Positions 45,135-56,350 of a stretch of 64,000 bases of DNA are shown piece by piece. How positions within the stretch are numbered: position 1 is the first letter of the stretch; every line of letters starts with the position of its first letter. Under the pieces are notes generated by a model. That model did not search any database. It was not told the origin of the DNA and saw only the letters and a program-made list of their open reading frames with translations. The position numbers and the translations under genes were made by a program. Source of the DNA: Prevotella sp. (lineage in GTDB: Bacteria; Bacteroidota; Bacteroidia; Bacteroidales; Dysgonomonadaceae); assembly GCA_031285625.1 (NCBI GenBank), contig JAITVV010000092.1, positions 157,679 through 221,678 on the forward strand, given 5' to 3'.

Positions 45135-47252
45135 TTATTTCTTCACTCCATTTCTTTCCAACAGTGCATTAACCGAAGGTTCCTGTCCCCTGAATTTGAT
45201 ATACAGGCTCATTGGTTCTTCTGTATTACCTTTCTCAAGTATATTTTCGCGGAACGAGCGCGCCGTTTCTTTATTAAAGATTCCTGTTTGTTTGAATAAA
45301 GCAAAGGCATCGGCATCAAGAACTTCTGCCCATTTGTAACCATAATATCCGGCAGCATATCCACCCGAAAATATATGACTGAATGAGGTAGACATGTTGG
45401 TACCATCCACAACCGGCAACAATGCTGTTTTGTCCATTGCCTTACGTTCAAAAGCAATTACATCCCCCGTATATGGCTGTTGTAATGTATGCCATGCCAT
45501 ATCCAGATATCCGAAAGATAGTTGACGATAGCATAGATAACCTGCATTATAGTTAGCAGCATCTACCAACTTCTTCACCAAGTCGGCAGGTATTTTTTCT
45601 CCTGTCTTATAGTGAACTGCAAACTTATCCAGATATTCTTTTTCAGTCAGCCAGTTTTCCATTATTTGCGAAGGAAGCTCCACAAAGTCATGCAAAACAT
45701 TTGTCCCTGATAAGGTTTCATAAGTACATTTGGTAAGGATACCATGCAGAGCATGCCCAAATTCATGCAGGAATGTTTCTACTTCGTCGAATGTAAGTAA
45801 AGCCGGCTCTGTAGCTGTCGGACGTGTAAAATTCATCACGATAGATACAAACGGACGTGAATCTTTTCCTTTTTCTATATACTGACCTTTAAACTCTGTC
45901 ATCCATGCTCCCTGGCGTTTCCCTTCACGTGGATGGAAGTCAGTATAAAGTACCGCAAGGAATTTTCCATTTTCGTCTAATACATCGAATGCTTCCACCT
46001 CCGAATGATATACAGGAATCTGGGTATTTTTTTTAAATGTAATACCGTATAGATCAGTAGCTAGTCCGAAAACTCCTTTCTTCACATTTTCCAATTCAAA
46101 ATAAGGGCGAACAAGTTCATCACTTACACTATATTTCGCATCTTTTAGTTTTTCAGAATAGAAAGCCCAGTCCCAAGGTTGCAGGTCAATCGCTTTTCCT
46201 TCCATACCCACTGCAAAACCTTCTACCATCTTCACATCTTCACGGGCAGCCTGTGCATATGCACTGAACAAATCGTCAAGCAAACCATAAACATGTTCTT
46301 TATCCTTTGCCATCTTGTTACGTAAAACATACGTAGCATAGTCAGGATAACCTAACAAATTTGCTATTTGCATACGTGTTTTTGCAATCTGTTTTACATT
46401 TTCCTGATTATCAAATTCTCCGCCTGCAACACATTTGGTATTATATGCCATATAAAGTTTCTGACGAAGGTCGCGACGGGTAGAATACTTCATAAATGCA
46501 ATATAGCTTGGCGCCGAAAGATCGAACATATAGCCATCTTTACCCTTACTTTTTGCTTTAGCTGCTGCCGCATCCTTCACCATCTGAGGCAGTCCTGCAA
46601 GATCACCTTCATCTGTTAAAATCATTTCAAATTTATTACCTTCCTTTAGTGCATTTTGACCAAAGGTCAGGGTAAGTTGACTTAGCTTCGTTGATAACTC
46701 CTTATATGTATTTCTGTCATTGCCAGTCAGGGTTGCACCACTATTTTCAAAACCTTGATAGGTTTTCTCTACCAGACGAATTTGCTCAGGTGTAAGATTA
46801 GACTCAAAACGTTTATCATAAACAGCTTTTACTTTCTGAAACAATCCTTCATTCAACATGATGGAATTCGAGTGTTCAGACAACTTAGGTTGTATACGCT
46901 GAGCAATCTCTAACATTTCGTCGTTACTTTCGGCACTCAGCATATTGAAAAATACTGATGTAACCTGGCTCAACAACTTGCCTGATTCTTCCAAGGGTAA
47001 TATTGTATTCTCGAAAACCGGTACAGACCGCACCATTACAATCCGGTTTATCTCGGTTTGATGATCTATTATACCTTTTTCTATAGCAGGTTCGTAATGT
47101 TCGTTCCTTATCTTATTGAACGGTGGTGTATTGTAAGGCGTTTTATACGCCGAAAAAAACGGATTTTGTGCTTGAATTGTAGTCATAACTAACATTAAAA
47201 GTGAAACTAAAAAAAAGTTCTTCTTCATATAGTATATTATTAAAGTTATCAA
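45135..47252 (-). CDS. dcp: M3-family peptidyl-dipeptidase
   Basis: KRQGAWM, HEFGHALH, DFVELPSQIME, FSHIFSGGYAAGYYGYKWAEVLD. Confidence 0.92.
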   Translation of the reverse strand: MITLIIYYMKKNFFLVSLLMLVMTTIQAQNPFFSAYKTPYNTPPFNKIRNEHYEPAIEKGIIDHQTEINRIVMVRSVPVFENTILPLEESGKLLSQVTSVFFNMLSAESNDEMLEIAQRIQPKLSEHSNSIMLNEGLFQKVKAVYDKRFESNLTPEQIRLVEKTYQGFENSGATLTGNDRNTYKELSTKLSQLTLTFGQNALKEGNKFEMILTDEGDLAGLPQMVKDAAAAKAKSKGKDGYMFDLSAPSYIAFMKYSTRRDLRQKLYMAYNTKCVAGGEFDNQENVKQIAKTRMQIANLLGYPDYATYVLRNKMAKDKEHVYGLLDDLFSAYAQAAREDVKMVEGFAVGMEGKAIDLQPWDWAFYSEKLKDAKYSVSDELVRPYFELENVKKGVFGLATDLYGITFKKNTQIPVYHSEVEAFDVLDENGKFLAVLYTDFHPREGKRQGAWMTEFKGQYIEKGKDSRPFVSIVMNFTRPTATEPALLTFDEVETFLHEFGHALHGILTKCTYETLSGTNVLHDFVELPSQIMENWLTEKEYLDKFAVHYKTGEKIPADLVKKLVDAANYNAGYLCYRQLSFGYLDMAWHTLQQPYTGDVIAFERKAMDKTALLPVVDGTNMSTSFSHIFSGGYAAGYYGYKWAEVLDADAFALFKQTGIFNKETARSFRENILEKGNTEEPMSLYIKFRGQEPSVNALLERNGVKK

Positions 47253-47267
47253 TTTCTTTCCTATTGA

Positions 47268-47906
47268 TTATTTCCATTGTGTAATCTCATCCACAGAGAA
47301 ACGAATAGAATCATTACGTGCTTCTGCTGCTTTACCAATCGATATAAGTATTATCGGAATATAGCGTTTGGCATCAAGATCCAATGCCTCAGTCAGTTCC
47401 TTACGCATAAATCCTCCTATCGGATTAGTGTCATATCCATATGCTTTGGCAGACAACATGAGCTGCATTGTAACAAATCCACAATCGATCAATACGGAAT
47501 TCCTCAATCTTTCTTCTGTAAAACTGGTATGAAAGCCAGCTATCATTTCAGACATTTTGTCTTTATATTCAGGAGTTATCAGATTGTTTTCCACTCCTGC
47601 AGATAATATTGGGTCTGTGTATGAAGCACATTCCATATCACCATATACAGCAATTATAGCCGACGAAGTCTCCCACTGCTGTTGGTTAAACATCATAAAG
47701 GGTTTAATTGTTTCCTTACCTTCAGGTGTATCAAAAACAAAGAATCTCCACGGTTGCAAATTCAGGGAAGAAGGAGCTGTCATTGCATCTTGGAGTATGT
47801 TGGACATTTCATCCCGGCTTATTTTAACAGATGTATCATAATTTCGGATGGATGCACGTTCAAGCAAAGCCCGATTGGCCTTATTTGCAATATTTTTTAT
47901 TTGCAT
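47268..47906 (-). CDS. nitroreductase family protein
   Basis: RASIRNY, APSSLNLQPWRF, YDTNPIGGF. Confidence 0.9.
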   Translation of the reverse strand: MQIKNIANKANRALLERASIRNYDTSVKISRDEMSNILQDAMTAPSSLNLQPWRFFVFDTPEGKETIKPFMMFNQQQWETSSAIIAVYGDMECASYTDPILSAGVENNLITPEYKDKMSEMIAGFHTSFTEERLRNSVLIDCGFVTMQLMLSAKAYGYDTNPIGGFMRKELTEALDLDAKRYIPIILISIGKAAEARNDSIRFSVDEITQWK

Positions 47907-48084
47907 AGCTTTTATATTTAAAGAGTAATGAGCAAAGGTATAAAAAAGTAATCCAAAATGTCTTATCTTTGCCGATTAAATAAAGAACTCAGAAAGATAC
48001 AATACTTACAAAAAGTTCATATACAAAATATACTTTTTTTAATGTTTTTTCGTTATAAATTAACTAGTAAAATTACAAATCATT

Positions 48085-48666
48085 ATGATTGACTATATAA
48101 GAGGGGAAGTTGCTGAATTGACTCCGGCTTCCGCTACGATCGAAACCGCAGGAATAGGTTATTTTATCAATATATCTTTAAATACATATGCAAGTCTTTC
48201 GGGACAAAAAAATGCTAAATTATTTATATATGAGGCTATAAGGGAAGACGCATATCAGTTATTCGGCTTTTTTGACAAGCAGGAACGTGAATTATTTATA
48301 TTACTGATAAGCGTTTCGGGTATCGGAGCCAGTACAGCACGAATGATGCTTTCGTCTATGACAGTGCAAGAGTTAACTAATGTTATAGCTTCCGGAAATT
48401 CCGACATACTAAAAACAGTAAAAGGTATCGGGCTGAAAACAGCGCAGCGTGTTATTGTAGACCTGAAAGATAAAATAAAGATCAGTGGTGTAGAACAAGT
48501 TGAAATGTTTGCGGCAAACAACCCTGCAGGCGAAGAAGCTATCGCTGCTCTGGTCATGTTGGGATTTCCACAACAAGCATCACAAAAAGTAGTCGCTAAG
48601 ATATTAAAAGATAAACCCGACAATACAGTAGAACAAGTTATAAAGACTGCATTAAAAATGCTCTAA
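48085..48666 (+). CDS. ruvA: Holliday junction branch migration protein RuvA
   Basis: [43 protein letters not shown]. Confidence 0.96.
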   Translation: MIDYIRGEVAELTPASATIETAGIGYFINISLNTYASLSGQKNAKLFIYEAIREDAYQLFGFFDKQERELFILLISVSGIGASTARMMLSSMTVQELTNVIASGNSDILKTVKGIGLKTAQRVIVDLKDKIKISGVEQVEMFAANNPAGEEAIAALVMLGFPQQASQKVVAKILKDKPDNTVEQVIKTALKML

Positions 48667-48696
48667 GATTAAATTCTTTTATTTAACATCATCAGG

Positions 48697-51600
48697 TTGA
48701 AAAAACGTATAAAATATTTATTCTTTGTAACGCTTTTTATAAGCTCAATCAGTTTGTTTTCTGGTATATCCGGTAAAACAGATGTTGATCTTGTTACAAC
48801 CGATGAGCCCTCATTCCAGCCGGAGGACACAATACCACGCTTTCCTGTAAAGAAAACCCAGATAGAAACATACAAAGACCTGAAAGACAATCCGCCACTA
48901 GACTTACAAGATCCTTCAAATATAAAAAAAACAATAGAATATGATCCGGTAAGTGGTCTTTATGTGTTTCGCACCAAAATAGGAGACCAGGAAGTAGCCA
49001 CACCATTCTCGTTGAGCCCCGACGAGTATATGCAATATACCTTAAAGCAATCTATGGCTGATTACTTCCGGGATAAAAATACTGAAGCCTACAATAATAA
49101 GGATGAAAAAGATGAGTTCTCTCTGAAAGATATTAAGCTGGATATTGGTGCTGCTGAAAAATTATTTGGCCCCGGTGGTGTAAAGGTTAGAACCCAGGGA
49201 TATGTGGAAGCTACAATGGGTATCAAACGGAATTCTACTGACAATCCTATCTTATCTGAGCAGACCAGAAGCCGTACTGCTTTTGAATTCAAAGAAGATA
49301 TTCAGATGAATGTGACTGCCTCGGTAGGTGATAAGATAAATTTCGGGATGAACTATGATACCAAAGCATTGTTTGATTTCGATTCTAAAAAATTAAAGCT
49401 GGGATATGAAGGTAAAGAAGATGAAATAATAAAACGTATTGAGGCCGGAAATGTAAGTATGAGTACCACCAACTCCCTGATCAACGGGGGAACAGCCCTT
49501 TTTGGTATCAATACAGAACTGCAATTCGGAAAGCTACGTGTGAATGCTATTGTTTCGCAACAAGAGACTCAATCACAAACGTTGAACTCAAAAGGAGGAG
49601 TACAAACCAGCGAGTTTGAACTAAAGGCCGACCAATACGACGAAAACCGGCACTTTTTCCTGAGTCAGTATTTCAGGGATAATTATGACAGGTTTATGAG
49701 TCGGATTCCTTACTCGATGTCATCTATCAAAATTACAGATATAGAAGTATGGATAACAAATAAAAGAGGTGATTATACCCAATCACGAAACATTGTCGCA
49801 TTTGCCGATATAGCAGAACACGACAAAATAAAGAACCCTAAATGGTTGCCGACAGGTACAGAGAAAGCCCCTCTCAACAATGGGAACAATTTACATTCGA
49901 CTGTTATAAATACTCTTCCCGCAGCAAGAGATATTAACCAGGTAACAGGCTTGTTTAATGGGAATGGACTGGAAAGTGGCCTTGATTACGAGAAGGTTGA
50001 GAATGCCCGTTTACTTAATTCGTCAGAATATACATTCAATGCGGAGATAGGCTATATATCACTAAATTCTGCATTACAGGCTGATGAAGTATTAGCCGTA
50101 GCATATAAGTATACAATGGGAGGCAGCACCCAGCAAAAAAACTATCAGGTAGGTGAAATGTCTACTGATATTGTTGATAAATACGACTCATCAAATCCTA
50201 AATCAGGAGCATTGTTTGTAAAGCTATTAAAACCCGTATCATTGTCTCCACGCTCATATACATGGGACCTGATGATGAAAAATGTATATTATATCGGGGC
50301 AAACGGAATACAACAAGACCGATTCAGGCTGAATATTTCTTACCAGTCGGACACACTGGGAACTTATATAAACTACCTTCCCGAAGGTAATATCAAGAAT
50401 CAGCTTTTGATAAAAGTAATGAATCTAGACCGGTTGGATTCAAGAAATAAAGAATTGCCAAACGGCGATGGTATTTTCGACTTTGTAGAAGGCTTTACAA
50501 TTAATGCTCAGAACGGGCGTATATTTTTTCCTGTAGTTGAACCTTTCGGCTCTCACCTTAAAGCGAAGATAGGTAGTCCAACTATTGCTGAAAAATATGT
50601 ATATCAGCAACTATATGATTCGACATTAACCGTTGCGAGACAAATTGCTGAAAAGAATAAATTTAAAATATACGGATCTTACCGGGGATCGATGACTGGA
50701 AATAACGCCGAAATAAACCTGAATGCAACAAATGTACCCCAGGGTTCGGTAAAGATCACCGCCAACGGTATGTTGCTAACCGAAGGAACGGATTATATTG
50801 TAGACTATACATCCGGTATTGCAACCATAATAAATCAAAGTATTCTGGATTCTGACGCCAATATACAAACCACACTCGAAGAAAGAGCGTTGGGCATGCA
50901 GCGAAAAACCTTATTAGGGTTGAATCTAAGCTATGATATAACCAAGAATTTCAATATAGGAGGTACAATCATGCATATGTATGAAAAGCCCCTGACCACG
51001 AAAACAATGATTGGCGATGAGTCTGTAAAGAATACACTCTGGGGATTGAATACAGCTTATAAGACCGAATCGATGTGGCTGACCAATCTTATTGATAAGA
51101 TACCTTTCGTGAATGCATCACAACCATCTCAAATCAGTTTTTCGGCTGAATTTGCTCAGATGATAGCCGGACATTATACTAATGGAAATACCGGAGGCTA
51201 CTCTTACCTTGACGATTTTGAATCGTCTCAGTCGAGCATAGACCTAAAGAGTCCGTATGCTTGGTCATTGGCAGCTACTCCATTAAGATCAGATATAAAA
51301 ATGGCCCATCCGTTTACAATAGCCATGACAACAAAAGAAGATAGCATTACGTATGCAAAAAACAGGGCTATGCTATCGTGGTTTATTATCGACCCTATAT
51401 TTACACGACAAGGGTCTTCTCTAAAGCCTAACCATATAAATAAGGACGACTTATCAGACCATCGTGTAAGAGAAATTGGGGTTGCAGAGATATATCCAAA
51501 CAGGGATACAAAACAAATGGATGCACCTACAATACCTGTTTTAAATCTCTCATATTACCCAAACGAAAGAGGACCATATAACCTGGATGTAACGCAAATA

Positions 51601-54600
51601 GATTCGGATGGAAAGCTGCTTAGACCAGAAGAAAGGTGGGCAGGGATAACCCGTAAAATGGATGTCAGGGATTTTGAAGCTTCTAACATTGAGTATATAG
51701 AATTTTGGTTGATGGATCCGTTTATTAAATATCCGGATACTGATCCTAATGAAGGAGGTAGCTTGTATTTTAATTTAGGTGAAATATCAGAAGATATATT
51801 AAGAGACGGAAAAAAATTCTATGAGAACGGACTTCCCGTAAATGATGATCCAACAGCATACATAAACACCGTATGGGGTAAAGTCCCAACACGACAATCT
51901 ACTGTATACGCCTTTGATGATAATCAGGGAGCTATTGCCCGTGAAAAACAGGATGTTGGGTATAATGGTTTAAGTTGGAGAGAAGAACAGGAGTACGATA
52001 CATATATAAATTTCCTAAATCAATTAAGTTTAAAAGTTTCCCAAAATGTTCTGGATCAGATGGTAAATGATCCACATTCTCCAATAAATTCACCCGCAGG
52101 AGATTTATATCATTTTTATCGTGGATCCGATTATGACAGAGAAGAGAAAAACATTCTCGATCGTTATAAATATTACAACAATACTGAAGGAAACTCAAAA
52201 GCTACGGATCAGAGTACCGAAAGCTATTCTACTGCTGCCCGTACTGTCCCGGATGTAGAAGATATAGACCAAGATAATACATTAAATGAAAATGAATCTT
52301 ATTTTGAATATAAGGTTGATCTCGATCCTAAAAAGATGGAGGTTGGAGAAAACTATATTGTAGAAAAACGGGAAGTACCGGTAACACTTAGAAATGGAAC
52401 TAAAGAAACTGTCATATGGTATCAATTTAAAGTACCGATTCGTAGTGGTAAGAAAGACACTAAAGGAACTATACAAGATTTTAAAAGTATTCGCTTTATG
52501 CGTATGTTTCTTCACGGTTTCAAGCAGCCCACTTTCCTTCGGTTTGGCACACTTCAGCTAGTGCGTGGCGACTGGCGTGTGTATGAACAATCATTAGCCG
52601 AAGATAGCTCTATAGGCAAAGGAACCATTGATGTATCTACTGTAAATATTGAAGAAAACTCAGAACGTGAACCCGTAACTTATGTATTACCTCCGGGACT
52701 TACCCGCACATTAGACCCCGAACAGACACAATTAACGAAGGAAAATGAACAATCATTATCAATGCGTGTACTCGATCTGGAACCGGGACAGGCACGAGCT
52801 ATCTATAAAAACACAACATACGACCTAAGGAGATATAAGCGTATTCAGCTATTTACTCATGCCGAGGACCTTATTAATGAAACTGACCTTAAAAAAGGAG
52901 ACATAACAGTATTCATGCGCTTAGGTTCCGACTACAAGAATAACTACTATGAATATGAAATACCGTTAACAATAACTCCGGCGGGTAGCTATAGCACAAA
53001 TAATCCGAACCATCAGTATGCAGTATGGCCTCAGGATAACATGTTCGATTTCCCTTTAGAACTACTTAAAAACGTGAAACTGAACCGTAACAGGGAAAAA
53101 AGGAAATCCGGGTCAACAATCTCTTACAATACTTTATATTCCGAGTACGATCCTGACAAGAAAGCAAACAGAGTAAGTGTTATCGGTAACCCGTCACTAT
53201 CAGACGTATATGTGATCATGGTAGGAGTCCGTAACAACTCGAGATATGCAAAATCGGGAGAAGTATGGATAAATGAATTGCGACTAACCGACTTTGATGA
53301 AGAAGGGGGATGGGCTGCACAGGGGAACTTAAATGTCGCCCTTTCCGATTTAGGTACAGTGAGTATCTCCGGGAGAAAAGAAACTGTTGGTTTCGGTGCC
53401 ATCGATCAGAGCCTGATGGAAAGACGCTCAGACGACTACTCTACATATAGTATTGCCGCCAATATAGAGTTGGGACGTTTCTTACCCGAAAAAGCGAAAG
53501 TAAGCCTACCACTATATTATTCATATTCTAATCAGACTTCCACACCTAAATATGATCCATTCGATCAAGATGTTACACTAAAAGAGTCACTTAGTTTGGT
53601 AGAGACCAAGTCTGAAAAAGATTCGATAAAAAGCCTGGCTCAGGAAAAGTCTACAACTAAAAGTATTAGTTTTAATAATGTAAAAGTAAATATTCAGAGT
53701 AAAACACCTATGCCATACGACCCGGCAAACTTTAGTTTCGGATACTCGTATAGCCAAACTGAGATAAAGAATCCGAGTACGGTATATGATCTGACTAAGA
53801 ACTATAATGCTACCTTTAGTTATAATTATACACCATTGGCCAAAACATGGGAACCATTCAAAAAGATAAAGAGTAATTCCGGTGCCACCAAATATGCAAA
53901 ATCATTAGGATTTAATTATTTACCAAGCAATATATCGTTCAATTCCAGAATCACACGTTATTATACAGAAACATTGCTACGCGATATCGAAAGTTATTCA
54001 CTCGGAGGTGCTAATAATAATGAATTCCTATCATGGAGCCAGTCTTTCTTATGGGATAGGGATTTTAGCATCAACTGGGATTTTACAAAAAATCTGAGAT
54101 TTTCATTCCAGTCCGGAACTCGTGCCGAAATTGAAGAACCATATCTTCAGGTTAATAAAAAATTGAACCGTGATGATTACGAAATATGGAAAGACTCTGT
54201 AATGCGCAGTCTGCGCAGTCTGGGGGATCCTCTCTCATACCGGCAAATTGCCAGAGTAACCTACCAGCTACCTTTCAAAAATATTCCTGTAATGGACTGG
54301 GTGACTTCCAATGCCAGCTATACCAGCGGATATCAATGGGACAGAGGAGCCTCTATTGAGGGAATAGAGATAGGGAATACTATAAGCAATAATATGACCC
54401 TTGATTTTACGAACAGATTGGATATGACCTCTTTGTATAATAAATGGGGATTCCTGAAAAAAGTGAATGACCGTTTCGATCCAAGGAGAAGACAATCACC
54501 AAGCCAGCGTCAACAGGAAAGGGAGAAACCTGAGAGAAGAAGATTCAGCCAGGAAATTACATTAAGAAAAGATACAACTTTCACATTAAAACATGGACTG

Positions 54601-56178
54601 AATACAAAAAAAATAGATGTTATTGCCAAAAAGGACGGAAAATCATATTCCATTAAGTTCAAAAAGAAAGACGATAACACTATACTGATAACAAATAAGG
54701 ATAGTGCAAACGTACAAGTGAGTATAATAAGTAAGGAAGGCGAGTCCGGCACTTCCCAGATCCTGACTGATATAGCTGAATACTCAGCACGTGGATTAAT
54801 GTCTTTGCGAACCATAAACTTCAATTATTCCAGACGCAACGAGACCCATCTTTCAGGATTCAGACCTGGTATAGGTGATATGTTCGGACAGAAAAATACA
54901 AATGAATATGGACTGGTTCCCGGACTTGGTTTTGCTTTTGGTTTGGAAGGCGGGGAAGATTTTATTCAAAAGTCTGTAGACAGGGACTGGATGGTTATAA
55001 ATGACAGTATGAGCATAAGCCCGGCTGTATACAGCACAGCAGAAACATTTGATATGCGGGCTCAAATTGAACCATTCAAAAATTTCAGAATAGAACTGAA
55101 TGCAAAATACCAGAACAACAAGAGGACGGAAATTAATTATATGTTCGAGGGTATGCCGCGCACACTCGGTGGAAGTTTCTCTATGACAACAATAGCCCTG
55201 AAAACAGCATTAAAGGGTAGTAATGCAAAGAATAATTACCAGTCTGACGCATTCGATAAATTCCTACAAAATAGAGAAGTAATAAGGAACAGATTACAAA
55301 ATCAATATGCTAATGTGAGTTATCCGGGAATGTCAACCTCCACCGAAGCCGTTAACCCAAATTCCGGGGATGTCCTTATACCAGCCTTCCTGGCTGCTTA
55401 TACAGGCCGTGATGCAGGTAAGATATCGTTAACTGCATTTCCGTCTTTACTATCTATACTGCCTAACTGGACTATTTCATATGACGGATTTATAAATATA
55501 CCATTCATAAAAGAAAAATTCAGGTCTTTACGTCTGGATCATTCTTACAACTGTTTCTATCAGGTAGGTAGTTATACCTCTTTCCCCGACTGGGTACAGG
55601 CTAGCGGTGGAGGCGATGACCTTGGCTACATCCGTGATGCCTTGAATGAGAATAGTATAATTCCTTCTTCACCTTACAATATTTCTTCAGTAGGTATCAC
55701 CGAACTATTTAAACCGTTGATAGGTGCCGAAGGTATACTAAATAATAATATGAGTATCAATGCTCAATATAATAATGCACGTACTCTCACATTAAATATG
55801 TCATCCTACCAGATAATAGAATACCTCGAAAGAGAATTTGTATTAGGATTCGGATACCGTATCAATGAGTTTAACCGTGTAGTAGGATTAACATCCAGAA
55901 CCCCAAAGAATTTCAACAACGACTTAAATATAAAAGCGGACATATCTCACAAGACAACTGAAGCTTTACTCCGCAAGATCGAAGAAAACTTCACACAGGC
56001 CACAAATGGCGTAACTATTTTCACATTAAAGTTCTCTGCGGACTATACATTAAGCCGTGCATTAACTTTGAGATTATTCTATGACCGGATACTTAACAAG
56101 CCGTTAATATCATCTTCATCATATCCAACAACGAATAGTAACTTCGGATTAAGCTTAAAATTTACTCTCGTACAATAA
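48697..56178 (+). CDS. sprA: type IX secretion translocon SprA/Sov
   Basis: 2493 aa; KLGYEGKEDEII, IEAGNVS, YDENRHFFL, WDLMMKNVY, IEFWLMDPF, LVRGDWR, VWINELR; follows ruvA. Confidence 0.93.
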   Translation: MKKRIKYLFFVTLFISSISLFSGISGKTDVDLVTTDEPSFQPEDTIPRFPVKKTQIETYKDLKDNPPLDLQDPSNIKKTIEYDPVSGLYVFRTKIGDQEVATPFSLSPDEYMQYTLKQSMADYFRDKNTEAYNNKDEKDEFSLKDIKLDIGAAEKLFGPGGVKVRTQGYVEATMGIKRNSTDNPILSEQTRSRTAFEFKEDIQMNVTASVGDKINFGMNYDTKALFDFDSKKLKLGYEGKEDEIIKRIEAGNVSMSTTNSLINGGTALFGINTELQFGKLRVNAIVSQQETQSQTLNSKGGVQTSEFELKADQYDENRHFFLSQYFRDNYDRFMSRIPYSMSSIKITDIEVWITNKRGDYTQSRNIVAFADIAEHDKIKNPKWLPTGTEKAPLNNGNNLHSTVINTLPAARDINQVTGLFNGNGLESGLDYEKVENARLLNSSEYTFNAEIGYISLNSALQADEVLAVAYKYTMGGSTQQKNYQVGEMSTDIVDKYDSSNPKSGALFVKLLKPVSLSPRSYTWDLMMKNVYYIGANGIQQDRFRLNISYQSDTLGTYINYLPEGNIKNQLLIKVMNLDRLDSRNKELPNGDGIFDFVEGFTINAQNGRIFFPVVEPFGSHLKAKIGSPTIAEKYVYQQLYDSTLTVARQIAEKNKFKIYGSYRGSMTGNNAEINLNATNVPQGSVKITANGMLLTEGTDYIVDYTSGIATIINQSILDSDANIQTTLEERALGMQRKTLLGLNLSYDITKNFNIGGTIMHMYEKPLTTKTMIGDESVKNTLWGLNTAYKTESMWLTNLIDKIPFVNASQPSQISFSAEFAQMIAGHYTNGNTGGYSYLDDFESSQSSIDLKSPYAWSLAATPLRSDIKMAHPFTIAMTTKEDSITYAKNRAMLSWFIIDPIFTRQGSSLKPNHINKDDLSDHRVREIGVAEIYPNRDTKQMDAPTIPVLNLSYYPNERGPYNLDVTQIDSDGKLLRPEERWAGITRKMDVRDFEASNIEYIEFWLMDPFIKYPDTDPNEGGSLYFNLGEISEDILRDGKKFYENGLPVNDDPTAYINTVWGKVPTRQSTVYAFDDNQGAIAREKQDVGYNGLSWREEQEYDTYINFLNQLSLKVSQNVLDQMVNDPHSPINSPAGDLYHFYRGSDYDREEKNILDRYKYYNNTEGNSKATDQSTESYSTAARTVPDVEDIDQDNTLNENESYFEYKVDLDPKKMEVGENYIVEKREVPVTLRNGTKETVIWYQFKVPIRSGKKDTKGTIQDFKSIRFMRMFLHGFKQPTFLRFGTLQLVRGDWRVYEQSLAEDSSIGKGTIDVSTVNIEENSEREPVTYVLPPGLTRTLDPEQTQLTKENEQSLSMRVLDLEPGQARAIYKNTTYDLRRYKRIQLFTHAEDLINETDLKKGDITVFMRLGSDYKNNYYEYEIPLTITPAGSYSTNNPNHQYAVWPQDNMFDFPLELLKNVKLNRNREKRKSGSTISYNTLYSEYDPDKKANRVSVIGNPSLSDVYVIMVGVRNNSRYAKSGEVWINELRLTDFDEEGGWAAQGNLNVALSDLGTVSISGRKETVGFGAIDQSLMERRSDDYSTYSIAANIELGRFLPEKAKVSLPLYYSYSNQTSTPKYDPFDQDVTLKESLSLVETKSEKDSIKSLAQEKSTTKSISFNNVKVNIQSKTPMPYDPANFSFGYSYSQTEIKNPSTVYDLTKNYNATFSYNYTPLAKTWEPFKKIKSNSGATKYAKSLGFNYLPSNISFNSRITRYYTETLLRDIESYSLGGANNNEFLSWSQSFLWDRDFSINWDFTKNLRFSFQSGTRAEIEEPYLQVNKKLNRDDYEIWKDSVMRSLRSLGDPLSYRQIARVTYQLPFKNIPVMDWVTSNASYTSGYQWDRGASIEGIEIGNTISNNMTLDFTNRLDMTSLYNKWGFLKKVNDRFDPRRRQSPSQRQQEREKPERRRFSQEITLRKDTTFTLKHGLNTKKIDVIAKKDGKSYSIKFKKKDDNTILITNKDSANVQVSIISKEGESGTSQILTDIAEYSARGLMSLRTINFNYSRRNETHLSGFRPGIGDMFGQKNTNEYGLVPGLGFAFGLEGGEDFIQKSVDRDWMVINDSMSISPAVYSTAETFDMRAQIEPFKNFRIELNAKYQNNKRTEINYMFEGMPRTLGGSFSMTTIALKTALKGSNAKNNYQSDAFDKFLQNREVIRNRLQNQYANVSYPGMSTSTEAVNPNSGDVLIPAFLAAYTGRDAGKISLTAFPSLLSILPNWTISYDGFINIPFIKEKFRSLRLDHSYNCFYQVGSYTSFPDWVQASGGGDDLGYIRDALNENSIIPSSPYNISSVGITELFKPLIGAEGILNNNMSINAQYNNARTLTLNMSSYQIIEYLEREFVLGFGYRINEFNRVVGLTSRTPKNFNNDLNIKADISHKTTEALLRKIEENFTQATNGVTIFTLKFSADYTLSRALTLRLFYDRILNKPLISSSSYPTTNSNFGLSLKFTLVQ

Positions 56179-56350
56179 AAAACATTTATAAGTTTGCATA
56201 AGAGAAAAATTTCTTTTAAGTTTATTTTTTCAAATGTTAAACAATATCTTATTCTCATTTGTTAAATATGTATTCGGAACCGAATTAGTTAATGTTTGGT
56301 AATTTATGGCATATTTAATTCGACTAAAGAAGACTGGGTTAAAATAAAAA